Origin: Candidatus Latescibacterota bacterium
GTDB taxonomy: Bacteria; Latescibacterota; UBA2968; UBA8231
NCBI GenBank assembly: GCA_965206595.1
Contig: OZ242214.1
Location: 1,792,001-1,856,000 of the forward strand
Length of the DNA stretch: 64,000 bases
Direction of reading: 5' to 3'
Part shown: positions 19,454 to 28,489 of the stretch, in pieces
How the letters are laid out: each line of letters opens with the position of its first letter
Numbering within the stretch: position 1 is the stretch's first letter
Translations under genes and position numbers: made by a program
Notes under the pieces: model-generated
Told to the model about the DNA's origin: nothing
The model's input: the letters and a program-made list of their open reading frames with translations, nothing else
The model's database searches: none

Positions 19454-19494
19454 ATATAAGGTTAGCATCATCTTATATGCGAATTATATGCGAA
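19454..19494. promoter_or_regulatory. AT-rich operator-like region in the divergent intergenic space upstream of mreB
   Basis: Tandem 11-bp repeat TTATATGCGAA x2 (19473-19494) plus ATATAAG..CTTATAT inverted repeat. Confidence 0.45.
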
Positions 19495-19773
19495 AATCTT
19501 GCCAGTTGGCGAACCCGATCGGTGTCCTTATCTTTCCGCGCCCATCGTATATGTCGAAAATGGAGGTTCCGGCGCTCCGTTTTGCACCTCCACGTAGACG
19601 CTTTTCGTGGCGAGTCATCCCTTCGGATCCCCGGAATTTTTGGAAGGGCTGCGGGGGGTGTCGGCGTTCTGCCCCGCCCGTCGGCAAACTGGAAGTCGAA
19701 CTACAAAGCCCCGAAAATTCAAACAAACGGCTGTTTTTGAAGACCGAACGCGAAGAGGAAGAGTGCAACTGCA

Positions 19774-20793
19774 ATGGCTTTCCTGAACGGATTTCTTTCC
19801 AACGACATCGGAATTGACCTCGGTACCGCCAATACTCTGATTTACGTCAAGGGCGAGGGTATCGTATTGAACGAGCCGAGCATCGTGGCGCGGCACATCA
19901 TTACGAAGAAGACCATTGCTGTCGGAGCCGAAGCCAAAGAGATGATGGGCCGTGAGAATTCCGAGATCGAGACGATACGGCCTTTGAAAGATGGCGTCAT
20001 CGCCGATTTCGAAGTCACCGAAGAGATGATTCGGCATTTTATTCGTAAAGTGCAGCGCAACAAGCTGTTCGTGCGGCCCAGGATAATTGTCTCCGTTCCT
20101 TCCGGAGCTACGCAGGTGGAGAAACGGGCAGTGCGGAATTCCTGCGAGAGGGTAGGAGCCCGCGATGTCTACTTGGTCAGTGAACCGATGGCCGCCGCCA
20201 TCGGGATCGGTCTCCCGGTCGAGCAAGCGGTCGGATCGATGGTGATAGATGTCGGTGGTGGCACGACGGAGATCGCCGTTATCGCTCTTTCTGGAATGGT
20301 GACTCCCGAATCGATCCGCGTTGCAGGTGATGAGATGGACCTCGCGGTCATCGAGTGGATGCGAAAGAAGTACAATCTGTTGATTGGCCCCCGCAACGCG
20401 GAGCAAGTGAAATTCGAGATCGGCTCTGCGGTTCCGCTTGAACCCGAAGAGGAAGCCCAGGTACGCGGCAGAGATCTTGTCGCCGCGATTCCAAAGACCC
20501 TGACGGTAGATTCCCGAGAAATACGAGAGGCCCTGAGTGAACCTGTCGAGCAGATAATAGCAGGCGTGCGTCGTGCCTTGGAGAGGACCCCACCCGAATT
20601 GGCCGCTGATATACTCGACCGCGGCATGGTTCTCAGCGGCGGTGGCGGAAAGCTGAGGGGGTTGCGCGAGCGTTTGATCGAGGCGACGAGCCTGCCCACC
20701 TATCTGGACACCGAAGATCCCCTTTCTGCCGTGGTGCGCGGTAATGCGCGTGTCCTCGATGAGTTCGATCGCTATCAGAAGGTTCTTTTCTGA
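19774..20793 (+). CDS. mreB: Rod shape-determining protein MreB
   Basis: IDLGTANTL, PLKDGVIADF, EPMAAAIG, DVGGGTTE. Confidence 0.97.
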   Translation: MAFLNGFLSNDIGIDLGTANTLIYVKGEGIVLNEPSIVARHIITKKTIAVGAEAKEMMGRENSEIETIRPLKDGVIADFEVTEEMIRHFIRKVQRNKLFVRPRIIVSVPSGATQVEKRAVRNSCERVGARDVYLVSEPMAAAIGIGLPVEQAVGSMVIDVGGGTTEIAVIALSGMVTPESIRVAGDEMDLAVIEWMRKKYNLLIGPRNAEQVKFEIGSAVPLEPEEEAQVRGRDLVAAIPKTLTVDSREIREALSEPVEQIIAGVRRALERTPPELAADILDRGMVLSGGGGKLRGLRERLIEATSLPTYLDTEDPLSAVVRGNARVLDEFDRYQKVLF

Positions 20794-20865
20794 CGCTGCC
20801 GGGGTACTGATTCTGCGCCTTGCTCAGGGTATTCTGCTGCCTGCAGTTCGGAAACAGGGCTGTTC

Positions 20866-21648
20866 GTGAAAGCGCTACAAGCCCACAGAAGTCATCTCGT
20901 GATTCTCCTCGCAGTAGTTCTGTCCCTGACGATGATGGGACTACCCGAGGAGTACCAGAACACAATTTCCGGGTACTCCCGGTCCACAATCCTGAATACG
21001 GGGCAGTGGTTATTCTCCAGGGTAGCCAGATATTCGCGGAGCGGGAGGAAATCCAGGTATTTGCTCGCCGAAAACGTCCGTCTCTCCTTGGAAAACATGC
21101 AGCTGCGAGAAGCGGCCGAAGAGAATCGTCGCCTGCGATTGGAGCTTGAGTTCCCACAACGACGGCCGTTCAGGAACCTGATTCCCGCCGAGGTTATTGG
21201 GCGGGACCCTGACCAGCTCTACGACACCATCGTCATCAACGTCGGAAGCGACGCGGGAATCGAGACGGGACAGCCGGTGGTGACGGCAGCGGGTCTGGCG
21301 GGCCACGTACTTCACGTTGACGACAACACCTCTACAGTTCAGTTGATCATGCGTTCCAGGGTTAGTTCCGTAGTACAGCGGGGCCGTGCTCACGGCGTAA
21401 TTTCGTGGGTTCCTGGGGGGAGGTTTCAGCTTCGATACGTCGATGCAAGCAGCATTATCGAGCCAGGAGACCGCGTCGTTACATCAGGTCTCGGCGGTCG
21501 ATATCCCAAGGGCATTACCGTCGGCTATGTAACCGAGGTCAAGGACCAGAAGGAAGACCCTCTTTTCAAGGCCGTATTCCTGCAGTCGGAAGTTGATTTC
21601 TGGGACTTGGAGGAGGTTTTCGTCATGGGTGGTATGGCCGTCCGGTGA
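20866..21648 (+). CDS. mreC: Rod shape-determining protein MreC
   Basis: N-terminal TM, coiled coil ENRRLR, VVTSGLGGRYPKGITVG. Confidence 0.93.
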   Translation: MKALQAHRSHLVILLAVVLSLTMMGLPEEYQNTISGYSRSTILNTGQWLFSRVARYSRSGRKSRYLLAENVRLSLENMQLREAAEENRRLRLELEFPQRRPFRNLIPAEVIGRDPDQLYDTIVINVGSDAGIETGQPVVTAAGLAGHVLHVDDNTSTVQLIMRSRVSSVVQRGRAHGVISWVPGGRFQLRYVDASSIIEPGDRVVTSGLGGRYPKGITVGYVTEVKDQKEDPLFKAVFLQSEVDFWDLEEVFVMGGMAVR

Positions 21649-21769
21649 CAGGTCGATGTTTGGTTTCTCGTGGGAATCCGGTTCCAAACGGTGGAGGTTC
21701 TCTGCAGATGAAGATGCGTAAGCGTCTGAACCTGAGTGCGATAGCGTAAAACGTGAGCATTTCATTCCC

Positions 21770-21798
21770 TTGACAACCCCCGGGGGTTTGATTATTAT
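21770..21798 (+). promoter_or_regulatory. Sigma70-type promoter upstream of HU, with palindromic spacer
   Basis: TTGACA-17 bp-TATTAT; AACCCCCGGGGGTT palindrome at 21775-21788. Confidence 0.7.
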
Positions 21799-21954
21799 CT
21801 ATACCCGCTCCAGCTCAAGGAATTCGAATGAGTCGAGGTGGGCTCATTGGATGGGATCTGAGACCAAAAAGGCGCTTGGTGTTTCTCAAAGTATCGTGCC
21901 CTTGAAGGGTGTTTCGAGCCTTCGCGCTATAGATGAACAAAGGGAGGAGCAGTC

Positions 21955-22287
21955 TTGACCAAGGCTGAAATCGTTCGGCAGATCGCCCATGCCACTGGCT
22001 TGACGAAAACCGACACGGCAGCAGTGGTCGATGGCTTTATCGAGTCGGTGGTCGATGCGCTGCAGAGCGGAGAGCACATAGAGATCAGGGGATTCGGAAC
22101 TTTCAAAGCCATCAGCAGGGCGCCTCGAACAGGTCGCAATCCTCGTACTGGGTCAGAGGTAAAGATATCGAGGCGTCGAGCGCCCGTTTTCAAGCCATCC
22201 AAGGAACTGAGGGTCCGAGTGGAAAATAGCGGTTCCCCGACAGGAGCAAAGAAAGATGCCGTGTGGAAAGAAGAGAAAGCGGCATAA
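21955..22287 (+). CDS. hup: HU/IHF family DNA-binding protein
   Basis: MTKAEIV, IEIRGFGTF, RTGRNPRTG, PVFKPSKEL; GGAGGAG SD with TTG start. Confidence 0.93.
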   Translation: MTKAEIVRQIAHATGLTKTDTAAVVDGFIESVVDALQSGEHIEIRGFGTFKAISRAPRTGRNPRTGSEVKISRRRAPVFKPSKELRVRVENSGSPTGAKKDAVWKEEKAA

Positions 22288-22351
22288 GATCAACACACAC
22301 AAACGCAAAAAGCGTTTGCGAAAAAATCGACACAAGAAGCGCGCTCTGTAA
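22256..22351 (+). CDS. Small basic ribosomal protein bS22-type (AURKAIP1/COX24/mS38 family), absent from the ORF track
   Basis: Translates to MPCGKKRKRHKINTHKRKKRLRKNRHKKRAL*; AGGAG SD at about 22242. Confidence 0.88.
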   Translation: MPCGKKRKRHKINTHKRKKRLRKNRHKKRAL

Positions 22352-22389
22352 GAGTTTGGTCGCTTCGGTCGGAACCCGGTCGCAGCCGC

Positions 22390-22466
22390 GAGCTATTAGC
22401 TCAGCTGGATAGAGCGCTAGCCTCCGGAGCTAGAGGTCACAGGTTCGAATCCTGTATAGCTCGCCA
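22390..22466 (+). tRNA. tRNA-Arg(CCG)
   Basis: GAGCTAT/ATAGCTC acceptor stem, CTAGC-CTCCGGA-GCTAG anticodon arm, GGTTCGAATCC, CCA end. Confidence 0.96.
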
Positions 22467-22495
22467 TTTTCCCGTTTCTGAGGTAGACAGATCGT

Positions 22496-22572
<77 letters not shown>

Positions 22573-22585
22573 TTCTTTCACATGT

Positions 22586-22634
22586 GGGTCATGGGTCATC
22601 GCCCCTCTTTGGGTGAACGACTCATGACCCTTTT
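22586..22634 (+). terminator. Hairpin with U-tract between the two tRNA-Pro genes
   Basis: GGGTCATGGGTC...GACTCATGACCC-TTTT. Confidence 0.6.
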
Positions 22635-22666
22635 ACCATTTAGGCAACATGCACAACGTCGGCATT

Positions 22667-22744
22667 CGGGGTGTAGCGCAGTCCGGTTAGCGCACCTGCT
22701 TCGGGAGCAGGGGGTCGGCGGTTCGAATCCGCCCACCCCGACCA
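22667..22744 (+). tRNA. tRNA-Pro(CGG)
   Basis: CGGGGTG/CACCCCG stem, CCTGC-TTCGGGA-GCAGG arm, GGTTCGAATCC, CCA. Confidence 0.96.
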
Positions 22745-22748
22745 TCGT

Positions 22749-22784
22749 AATACTCCTGCGATCAGAAATGATCGCAGGAGTATT
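22749..22784 (+). terminator. Perfect 16-bp hairpin with GAAA tetraloop after the tRNA cluster
   Basis: AATACTCCTGCGATCA-GAAA-TGATCGCAGGAGTATT. Confidence 0.65.
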
Positions 22785-22852
22785 GGTTCCCTCTCTCAAG
22801 GGGGTGGGGCCCAGAAGAAATTGCCCCGAAATCGTGTCATCGGGACCGACCA

Positions 22853-23806
22853 TTGCCTGATCGCGTAGAAAAACGAGAAACGATTGTAATTGCAGGACCT
22901 ACTGCAGTGGGGAAGTCAGCCCTTGGCCTCCAATTGGCGCGGGCTTTTAGTGGCCAGATCATCTCCGTAGACAGCCGTCAAATCTATCGTTTCCTGAATA
23001 TCGGTACTGCCAAGCCGACACGCGCAGACCAGGAGCAGATCGCCCACCATTTCATCGACATTTGCGATCCGGACGAACACTACAGTGCAGGCCGATTCGC
23101 TCGCGAGGCGCGGCGCCTGATTTTGGCGCTTCACGACCTGGGGGTTATTCCGATAGTGGTCGGGGGATCTGGTCTTTATCTGTCAGCCCTCGTGGACGGA
23201 CTGTTCGAGACCGACATCCCCACTTCCGATCTCAGGAAAACTCTGACAAGGAAACTGGAAAGAGAAGGCCTTCCAAGTCTCCATCAAGAGCTGGGCAAGC
23301 TCGATCCCATCGCCTATACCAGCATATCCCCAAAGGATGCCTCCCGTACCTTGCGGGCCCTTGAGATCTCCCTCGGGACCTCGGTAAACCGGTCGCAACA
23401 CTTGCGACAGCATTACCAGACAGGGCTTGCAGATGCACCGATGATGTTCGGTTTGTGGCGTGACCGGGAATCCTTGTACCGGCGGGTGAATGACCGCGTC
23501 GATGAAATGATGGCCAAGGGATGGATGCTTGAAACCGCCAAGCTACTGGAAACGGGACTCACTAAATCAAGTGCAGGTCTCGGATCACTCGGGTATGAAG
23601 AACTGGCCCGTCATCTTGAGGAAGGAACCAACTTGACGAGAGAGGTTGAGGAGATTAAGCAGCGCTCCCGCAGGTATGCTAAGCGCCAAATTACCTGGTT
23701 CAAAAAAGACCGGCGCCTGCGCTGGCTCGATCTCAACCGCCTTGGGCAACAAGGGGCGTTCGATCGAATCGCAGCTCAGGTGTTCTGGCGTCGAGGCTAC
23801 TGCTGA
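22853..23806 (+). CDS. miaA: tRNA dimethylallyltransferase
   Basis: GPTAVGKS, DSRQIY, IGTAKP, VGGSGLY, YAKRQITWF. Confidence 0.96.
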   Translation: MPDRVEKRETIVIAGPTAVGKSALGLQLARAFSGQIISVDSRQIYRFLNIGTAKPTRADQEQIAHHFIDICDPDEHYSAGRFAREARRLILALHDLGVIPIVVGGSGLYLSALVDGLFETDIPTSDLRKTLTRKLEREGLPSLHQELGKLDPIAYTSISPKDASRTLRALEISLGTSVNRSQHLRQHYQTGLADAPMMFGLWRDRESLYRRVNDRVDEMMAKGWMLETAKLLETGLTKSSAGLGSLGYEELARHLEEGTNLTREVEEIKQRSRRYAKRQITWFKKDRRLRWLDLNRLGQQGAFDRIAAQVFWRRGYC

Positions 23807-23837
23807 AACGCCAACCAATTTTCAGGGGACGGTAACA

Positions 23838-23865
23838 TTGACACAGAACTTGGATTCCTTATCTT
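23838..23865 (+). promoter_or_regulatory. Possible sigma70 promoter for tRNA-Gly
   Basis: TTGACA-16 bp-TATCTT. Confidence 0.45.
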
Positions 23866-23966
23866 AACCCGTTATACAACATAGAGTTGGCTTCAATTGG
23901 CAGCTGTCTCAATATCCTTCTTGCCGTTGTTAGATTTGCGATGGTCGTTAGGGAGCCTCTTTGGGA

Positions 23967-24041
23967 GCGGGAGTAGTTCAGGGGTAGAACGCAAGCTTCC
24001 CAAGCTTGATGTCGCGGGTTCGATTCCCGTCTCCCGCTCCA
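23967..24041 (+). tRNA. tRNA-Gly(CCC)
   Basis: GCGGGAG/CTCCCGC stem, CAAGC-TTCCCAA-GCTTG arm, GGTTCGATTCC, CCA. Confidence 0.96.
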
Positions 24042-24367
24042 TTTTTCCCACCGAATCACTTCATTCGAGCGACGACCCCCATAGTAGGAGCTGCGCTGAT
24101 CGAGCTGGCCAAGGGACTCAAGCGGTTTGATTTCGGGCTCCCTGTCTGGGTCTCGCCGGGACAGCTTTCCCGTTGCCAGTGAATCTGGCCCGGTCCACCC
24201 CTCGCCCGCTCCCCATAAACCGTCGATACTGGAGGGGCGGCCTCGTCAGGTCGCCCGAAATCTTCCGCATGGGGGCAAAATCCGATCGCCCGTGACACTC
24301 TACCGTCTCGCCCCACTTCTCTGGCAGGTGTTCGGCCGTGGTTGATGCACTGGGTTCAAGGTAAACC

Positions 24368-25777
24368 GTGATTTCAGTCAAGGACATCGAAAAAAGTTCG
24401 CTCGCAGCGCGGGCAGGCTTTCGGTGTGGAGACCGCATTTTGGCGGTAAATGGGGAGGAAATTCGCGATCTCATCGACTTTCAGGTTCACAGCGCGGATC
24501 TCCAGCTCCTGTTCGAAGTAGAACGCGATGGGGAAATTTATACCGTCGAGGTCGACAGGGTGCATGGCGAAAATATGGGGATCCACTTCGATGAGATGCG
24601 ACTCAGGCGTTGCAACAACAAGTGCATGTTCTGTTTCCTGCATCAGATGCCGAAGGGCTTGCGGCGCAGTCTTTACTTTGAGGATGACGACTACCGGTTG
24701 TCCTTTCTACACGGATCGTACGTGACCCTGACGAACATGAGGGATGCCGATCTCCACCGCATCATCGAGCAGAGACTATCGCCCCAGTACATCTCCGTTC
24801 ATGCGACCGATCCTGAGCTCCGGCAGCAGCTTCTCGGCCGCAGGAAACCAACCGTCCCGATACTTGACAGGATTCGACTGCTCGCAGAGCAGGAGATTGA
24901 AATGCATGCACAAGTCGTAATCTGTCCCGGGATAAACGACGGGGCGCACCTAGAGCGCACCGTCCGTGACTTGGCCGGATTCTATCCGGGTGTGCGCTCA
25001 GTAGCATTGGTCCCGGTTGGGCTGACCCGTTTCCGTTCTCACTTGCCGAGGCTGCGGACGGTTACTCCAGAACTTGCAATCGAATACCTGAATGCTGCTG
25101 AGACTTGGGGTTCGCGGTTTGTCAGCGAACTCGGAGAGCGCTTCATCTATGCTGCCGACGAGTTTTTTCTGCTCAGTGGACGTCCGCCGCCGCAGGTCCG
25201 TTACTACGACAGTTTTCCCCAGATAGAAAATGGCATCGGTATGGTGAGAACGTTTCTCGATCGTTGGGAACAAGGAAAGTTCTACCTCCGAGATCTTGCC
25301 GTCCGGGGTGATAGTTGGGGGATCCCAGTGCGAATGGCCTTGATAACCGGAACCTTGGCGGCCAGGTTTTTGGCTCCCGTCGTCGACGAGCTGAAGCGCC
25401 TCGCCTTACCCCAGGCAACTCTTGTTCCAATCGAAAACGACTTCTTCGGGCACGGAATAAGCGTTTCCGGCCTCCTGACGGGTCGAGATATCATCGCCGC
25501 ATTGAAATGCAGCCCGTATGATCTGGCGATACTGCCTCCGAACTGCATTAACGGGGATGGCCTGACGATCGACGATATGACAGTTGCCGATCTGCAGGCT
25601 GCTACAGGAATCCCGGTCTCGATCGGAGAGTACGATCTCGCTCGCGGACTGGGCAATCTTCTTGGGAAGGGTAGTTCCTCGGCGGTGCGTTCATGCGGCG
25701 ACGGCAGGCAGCTGTCCGAGCTCGGCTTTTTCGTCGGGTCCGGCAAAGAGGCGTGGCCCCGGGAAGATGAGCGGTAA
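24368..25777 (+). CDS. PDZ + radical-SAM-like Fe-S protein (DUF512 family)
   Basis: N-terminal PDZ (GDRILAVNG), CNNKCMFC, DDDYRLSFLHGSYVTLTN, QIENGIG. Confidence 0.9.
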   Translation: MISVKDIEKSSLAARAGFRCGDRILAVNGEEIRDLIDFQVHSADLQLLFEVERDGEIYTVEVDRVHGENMGIHFDEMRLRRCNNKCMFCFLHQMPKGLRRSLYFEDDDYRLSFLHGSYVTLTNMRDADLHRIIEQRLSPQYISVHATDPELRQQLLGRRKPTVPILDRIRLLAEQEIEMHAQVVICPGINDGAHLERTVRDLAGFYPGVRSVALVPVGLTRFRSHLPRLRTVTPELAIEYLNAAETWGSRFVSELGERFIYAADEFFLLSGRPPPQVRYYDSFPQIENGIGMVRTFLDRWEQGKFYLRDLAVRGDSWGIPVRMALITGTLAARFLAPVVDELKRLALPQATLVPIENDFFGHGISVSGLLTGRDIIAALKCSPYDLAILPPNCINGDGLTIDDMTVADLQAATGIPVSIGEYDLARGLGNLLGKGSSSAVRSCGDGRQLSELGFFVGSGKEAWPREDER

Positions 25778-27146
25778 ATCGACGGAAGGGGACCATCCGA
25801 TCGGATTGCTACGGCCCCTTGTGGCCATCGTGGGCGGTCCGAATGTCGGCAAGTCGACGCTATTCAACAGGCTTGCACGTCGGCGGCAGGCAATTACCGA
25901 CGATCACCCCGGAATAACCAGGGACTGCATCGCCGTTGAGGTTGAGTGGAATGGCAGCCGTTTTTCCCTGATGGATACGGGCGGATTCGTTCCCTTTTCA
26001 AAGGATGCCATTGAATCGGCGGTGCGGGAGCAGACAGAGTTCGCTGTTGAGCAAGCCGATTTTGTCATGCTGGTGTGCGACGCCACTTCCGGTGCCACCG
26101 CTACCGACTGCGAGGTCGCCGAGGTACTGCGACGAAGCGGAGTAGAGTCCCTCCCTGTCATCAACAAACTCGATCACCCTGGGCAGGAGGATGCCTTGTT
26201 GGGGGATTTTTTCAACCTTGGGTTGGGGACACCGATCCCAGTTTCGGCGGCATCCGGGCGGCTGTCAGGGGACCTTCTCGATCTCCTGACAGCTCGATTC
26301 GATGTCCCGGAAGCCCCCTCCGGGTCCGGGGAAGAGGAGGATACAATCCGGGTCGTACTTGCCGGCAGGCCAAACGTTGGAAAGTCAACATTGATGAATA
26401 GACTCGCCGGTTCTCGGGTTTCCATCGTCCACCAAAGGCCGGGTACCACCCGCGACACCACCGAAATCCGCATCCACTGGGAGGGACGCCGTTTCCTGCT
26501 GATGGACACAGCTGGGGTGCGCCGACGCCGTCGGATAGATGACCGGGTGGAGTACTACAGTTCGCTACGCGCGGCGCGTGCGGTAGAACAGGCCGATGTC
26601 ACCTTGGCGATCATCGACGCCGTCGAGGGGGTCACGACGCAAGACGCCCGAATCATGTCAAAGATCTTGGACTCCGGCAGCGGGCTGGCAGTCGCGGTAA
26701 ACAAATGGGATGTCGTAGACTACCCGAAGGACGCCGGACAGTTCGCCAACCGCATCCGAGATCGGTACCCATTCCTGCGGGATTTTCCGGTTGTCGTTCT
26801 TTCCGCCTTGACAGGGAGCCGGGTCTCTCGATGTTTGGAAACAGCCGCTGCTGTCTTCGATAGCCGGCGGCGTCGAGTGCCCACTGCACGTCTGAACAGG
26901 CTCCTTGGGCAAGTCACGGCGAAAAGCCCAGTTCGCGGAAGTGGCCGTGCTGTAAAAATTCTGTACGCTACACAACAGGCAATATCGCCGCCCTCTTTTG
27001 TCGTTTTTGCAGATCATCCCGAACTGGTGTCCGATTCCTACTCTCGAAATCTGGAAAAAAGCCTACGGGAGGAATTTGATTTCATGGGTTCTCCTCTCAA
27101 AATCTTCTGGCGAAGCCGACGGGACAAACGGAAATCAGCAAATTAG
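25767..27146 (+). CDS. der: Ribosome biogenesis GTPase Der (EngA)
   Basis: Two tandem G domains (GGPNVGKS/DTGG/NKLD; GRPNVGKS/DTAG/NKWD) and KH-like C-terminus. Confidence 0.95.
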   Translation: MSGKSTEGDHPIGLLRPLVAIVGGPNVGKSTLFNRLARRRQAITDDHPGITRDCIAVEVEWNGSRFSLMDTGGFVPFSKDAIESAVREQTEFAVEQADFVMLVCDATSGATATDCEVAEVLRRSGVESLPVINKLDHPGQEDALLGDFFNLGLGTPIPVSAASGRLSGDLLDLLTARFDVPEAPSGSGEEEDTIRVVLAGRPNVGKSTLMNRLAGSRVSIVHQRPGTTRDTTEIRIHWEGRRFLLMDTAGVRRRRRIDDRVEYYSSLRAARAVEQADVTLAIIDAVEGVTTQDARIMSKILDSGSGLAVAVNKWDVVDYPKDAGQFANRIRDRYPFLRDFPVVVLSALTGSRVSRCLETAAAVFDSRRRRVPTARLNRLLGQVTAKSPVRGSGRAVKILYATQQAISPPSFVVFADHPELVSDSYSRNLEKSLREEFDFMGSPLKIFWRSRRDKRKSAN

Positions 27147-27161
27147 GAGTTTTCAATACAG

Positions 27162-27662
27162 GTGTCTCCATTTGGATCATCTGAATCCAGACGCGCTCTG
27201 GATACGAAACTCTACTACAGCATTGGCGAGGTTGCAGAGATTACCCAGTTGCCGCAGTACACCTTGCGCGCTTGGGAAAAGGAATTTTCCTGTCTGAGGC
27301 CGCGCCGGGTGCGCGGAAAGAACCGCGCCTATCGCGAACGCGATATCGGCATCATACTCCTTATTAAGCGCCTTCTGCACCATGATCGCTATTCGACCCG
27401 CGGTGCACGGCAGAAACTGAAGAGCGAACCGGAGCTTGTCCGCAGAGCCGGTGAGTCGTTGAGGGCATTTCTTAGTGCAGGAGAGGTAGAGGTCTCGACC
27501 GCATTGCAAGCCCCTGCAGGCAAGCGACCCGCAAGGGTGTCTGCAGGGGCTTGCTCGACCCCTAGGGCGGTCTCCAATGGGCAGACTGATAACAGGCAGG
27601 TTTTCCAGTTCCTGTCCGAATTGCGAACTGAGCTTGAGAGCCTCCTGAAGCTGCTTTCGTGA
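27162..27662 (+). CDS. MerR family HTH regulator
   Basis: KLYYSIGEVAEI..LPQYTLRAWEKEF..NRAY. Confidence 0.88.
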   Translation: MSPFGSSESRRALDTKLYYSIGEVAEITQLPQYTLRAWEKEFSCLRPRRVRGKNRAYRERDIGIILLIKRLLHHDRYSTRGARQKLKSEPELVRRAGESLRAFLSAGEVEVSTALQAPAGKRPARVSAGACSTPRAVSNGQTDNRQVFQFLSELRTELESLLKLLS

Positions 27663-27830
27663 CCAGAATTCCTGCCGTTCTATTTCTGACAACGCGCTGA
27701 ACCAGAGTGGATTATAGGCAATACCTGTGTATCTGTACAATCCAATCTTGCTTAAATCCAAGCAAGCCTCTACCTTTGATAGGTCTATTTCTGATTCTGA
27801 AGCCCGATTGTTCATCAGAACTTCCCTGCA

Positions 27831-28373
27831 TTGGAGGCGTTCCCCCCTTGGAGCAGGTTGACAGTGAGTCGGCGACCTGATACGCAGGAGACTTATTCTC
27901 ACCGCCATCGTGAACTCGACCCTGATCCAGAGGCTCTTCGGCAGCTCCTGATTGTGCTTGTTGAGCCGGTTGTCGCCGAATACGAGGCATCGCTGGTGGA
28001 CGTAGGGGTTTTTGGAAAGAGAAACTCGCGCTCCATCCGTGTGCTAGTACACAAAGATCCGGGGATCACGCTTGACCTGTGCGAGTCGATCTCCCGGGAG
28101 ATTGGCGACCTGCTCGATGTCGAAGATCCGGTTTCTGGTCGCTATCGACTTGAGGTTACGTCTCCCGGCCTTGACCGACCCCTCGTCACCGACAGCGACT
28201 TCGTGCGAGCCTCGGCAAGACAATTGAAGGTGTTGCTCCATTCAGGACGCTCTGTTTCGGGGCGGCTGGCCAATTGGGACCCCGACGCGATCGAGTTGCA
28301 GATCGAGATAGAGGTGGTGGATCGCATCCCTCGCTCGGAAATAGCGAAGGCAACGATTGAAGTGGAAATGTAG
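27831..28373 (+). CDS. rimP: Ribosome maturation factor RimP (start uncertain)
   Basis: GITLDLCESISR, YRLEVTSPGLDRPL; precedes nusA. Confidence 0.93.
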   Translation: MEAFPPWSRLTVSRRPDTQETYSHRHRELDPDPEALRQLLIVLVEPVVAEYEASLVDVGVFGKRNSRSIRVLVHKDPGITLDLCESISREIGDLLDVEDPVSGRYRLEVTSPGLDRPLVTDSDFVRASARQLKVLLHSGRSVSGRLANWDPDAIELQIEIEVVDRIPRSEIAKATIEVEM

Positions 28374-28408
28374 TTTGGACCTGTCAGAGTAGTAATGTAG
28401 TTTGGACC
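28367..28408. repeat. 15-bp direct repeat duplicating the rimP stop region
   Basis: AATGTAGTTTGGACC at 28367 and 28394 (period 27). Confidence 0.8.
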
Positions 28409-28489
28409 GGTAACCCTCGAATTCCGGTTTGACCGGCCTCTAAAGCCTGCAACGCACGGAATGGGCAATTCAAAATTTCCTGGAGACAG

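Noticed and set aside
23967-24368. Genomic island integrated at tRNA-Gly or the Arg/Pro tRNAs
   Set aside because: No duplicated tRNA 3' end and no integrase next to any tRNA
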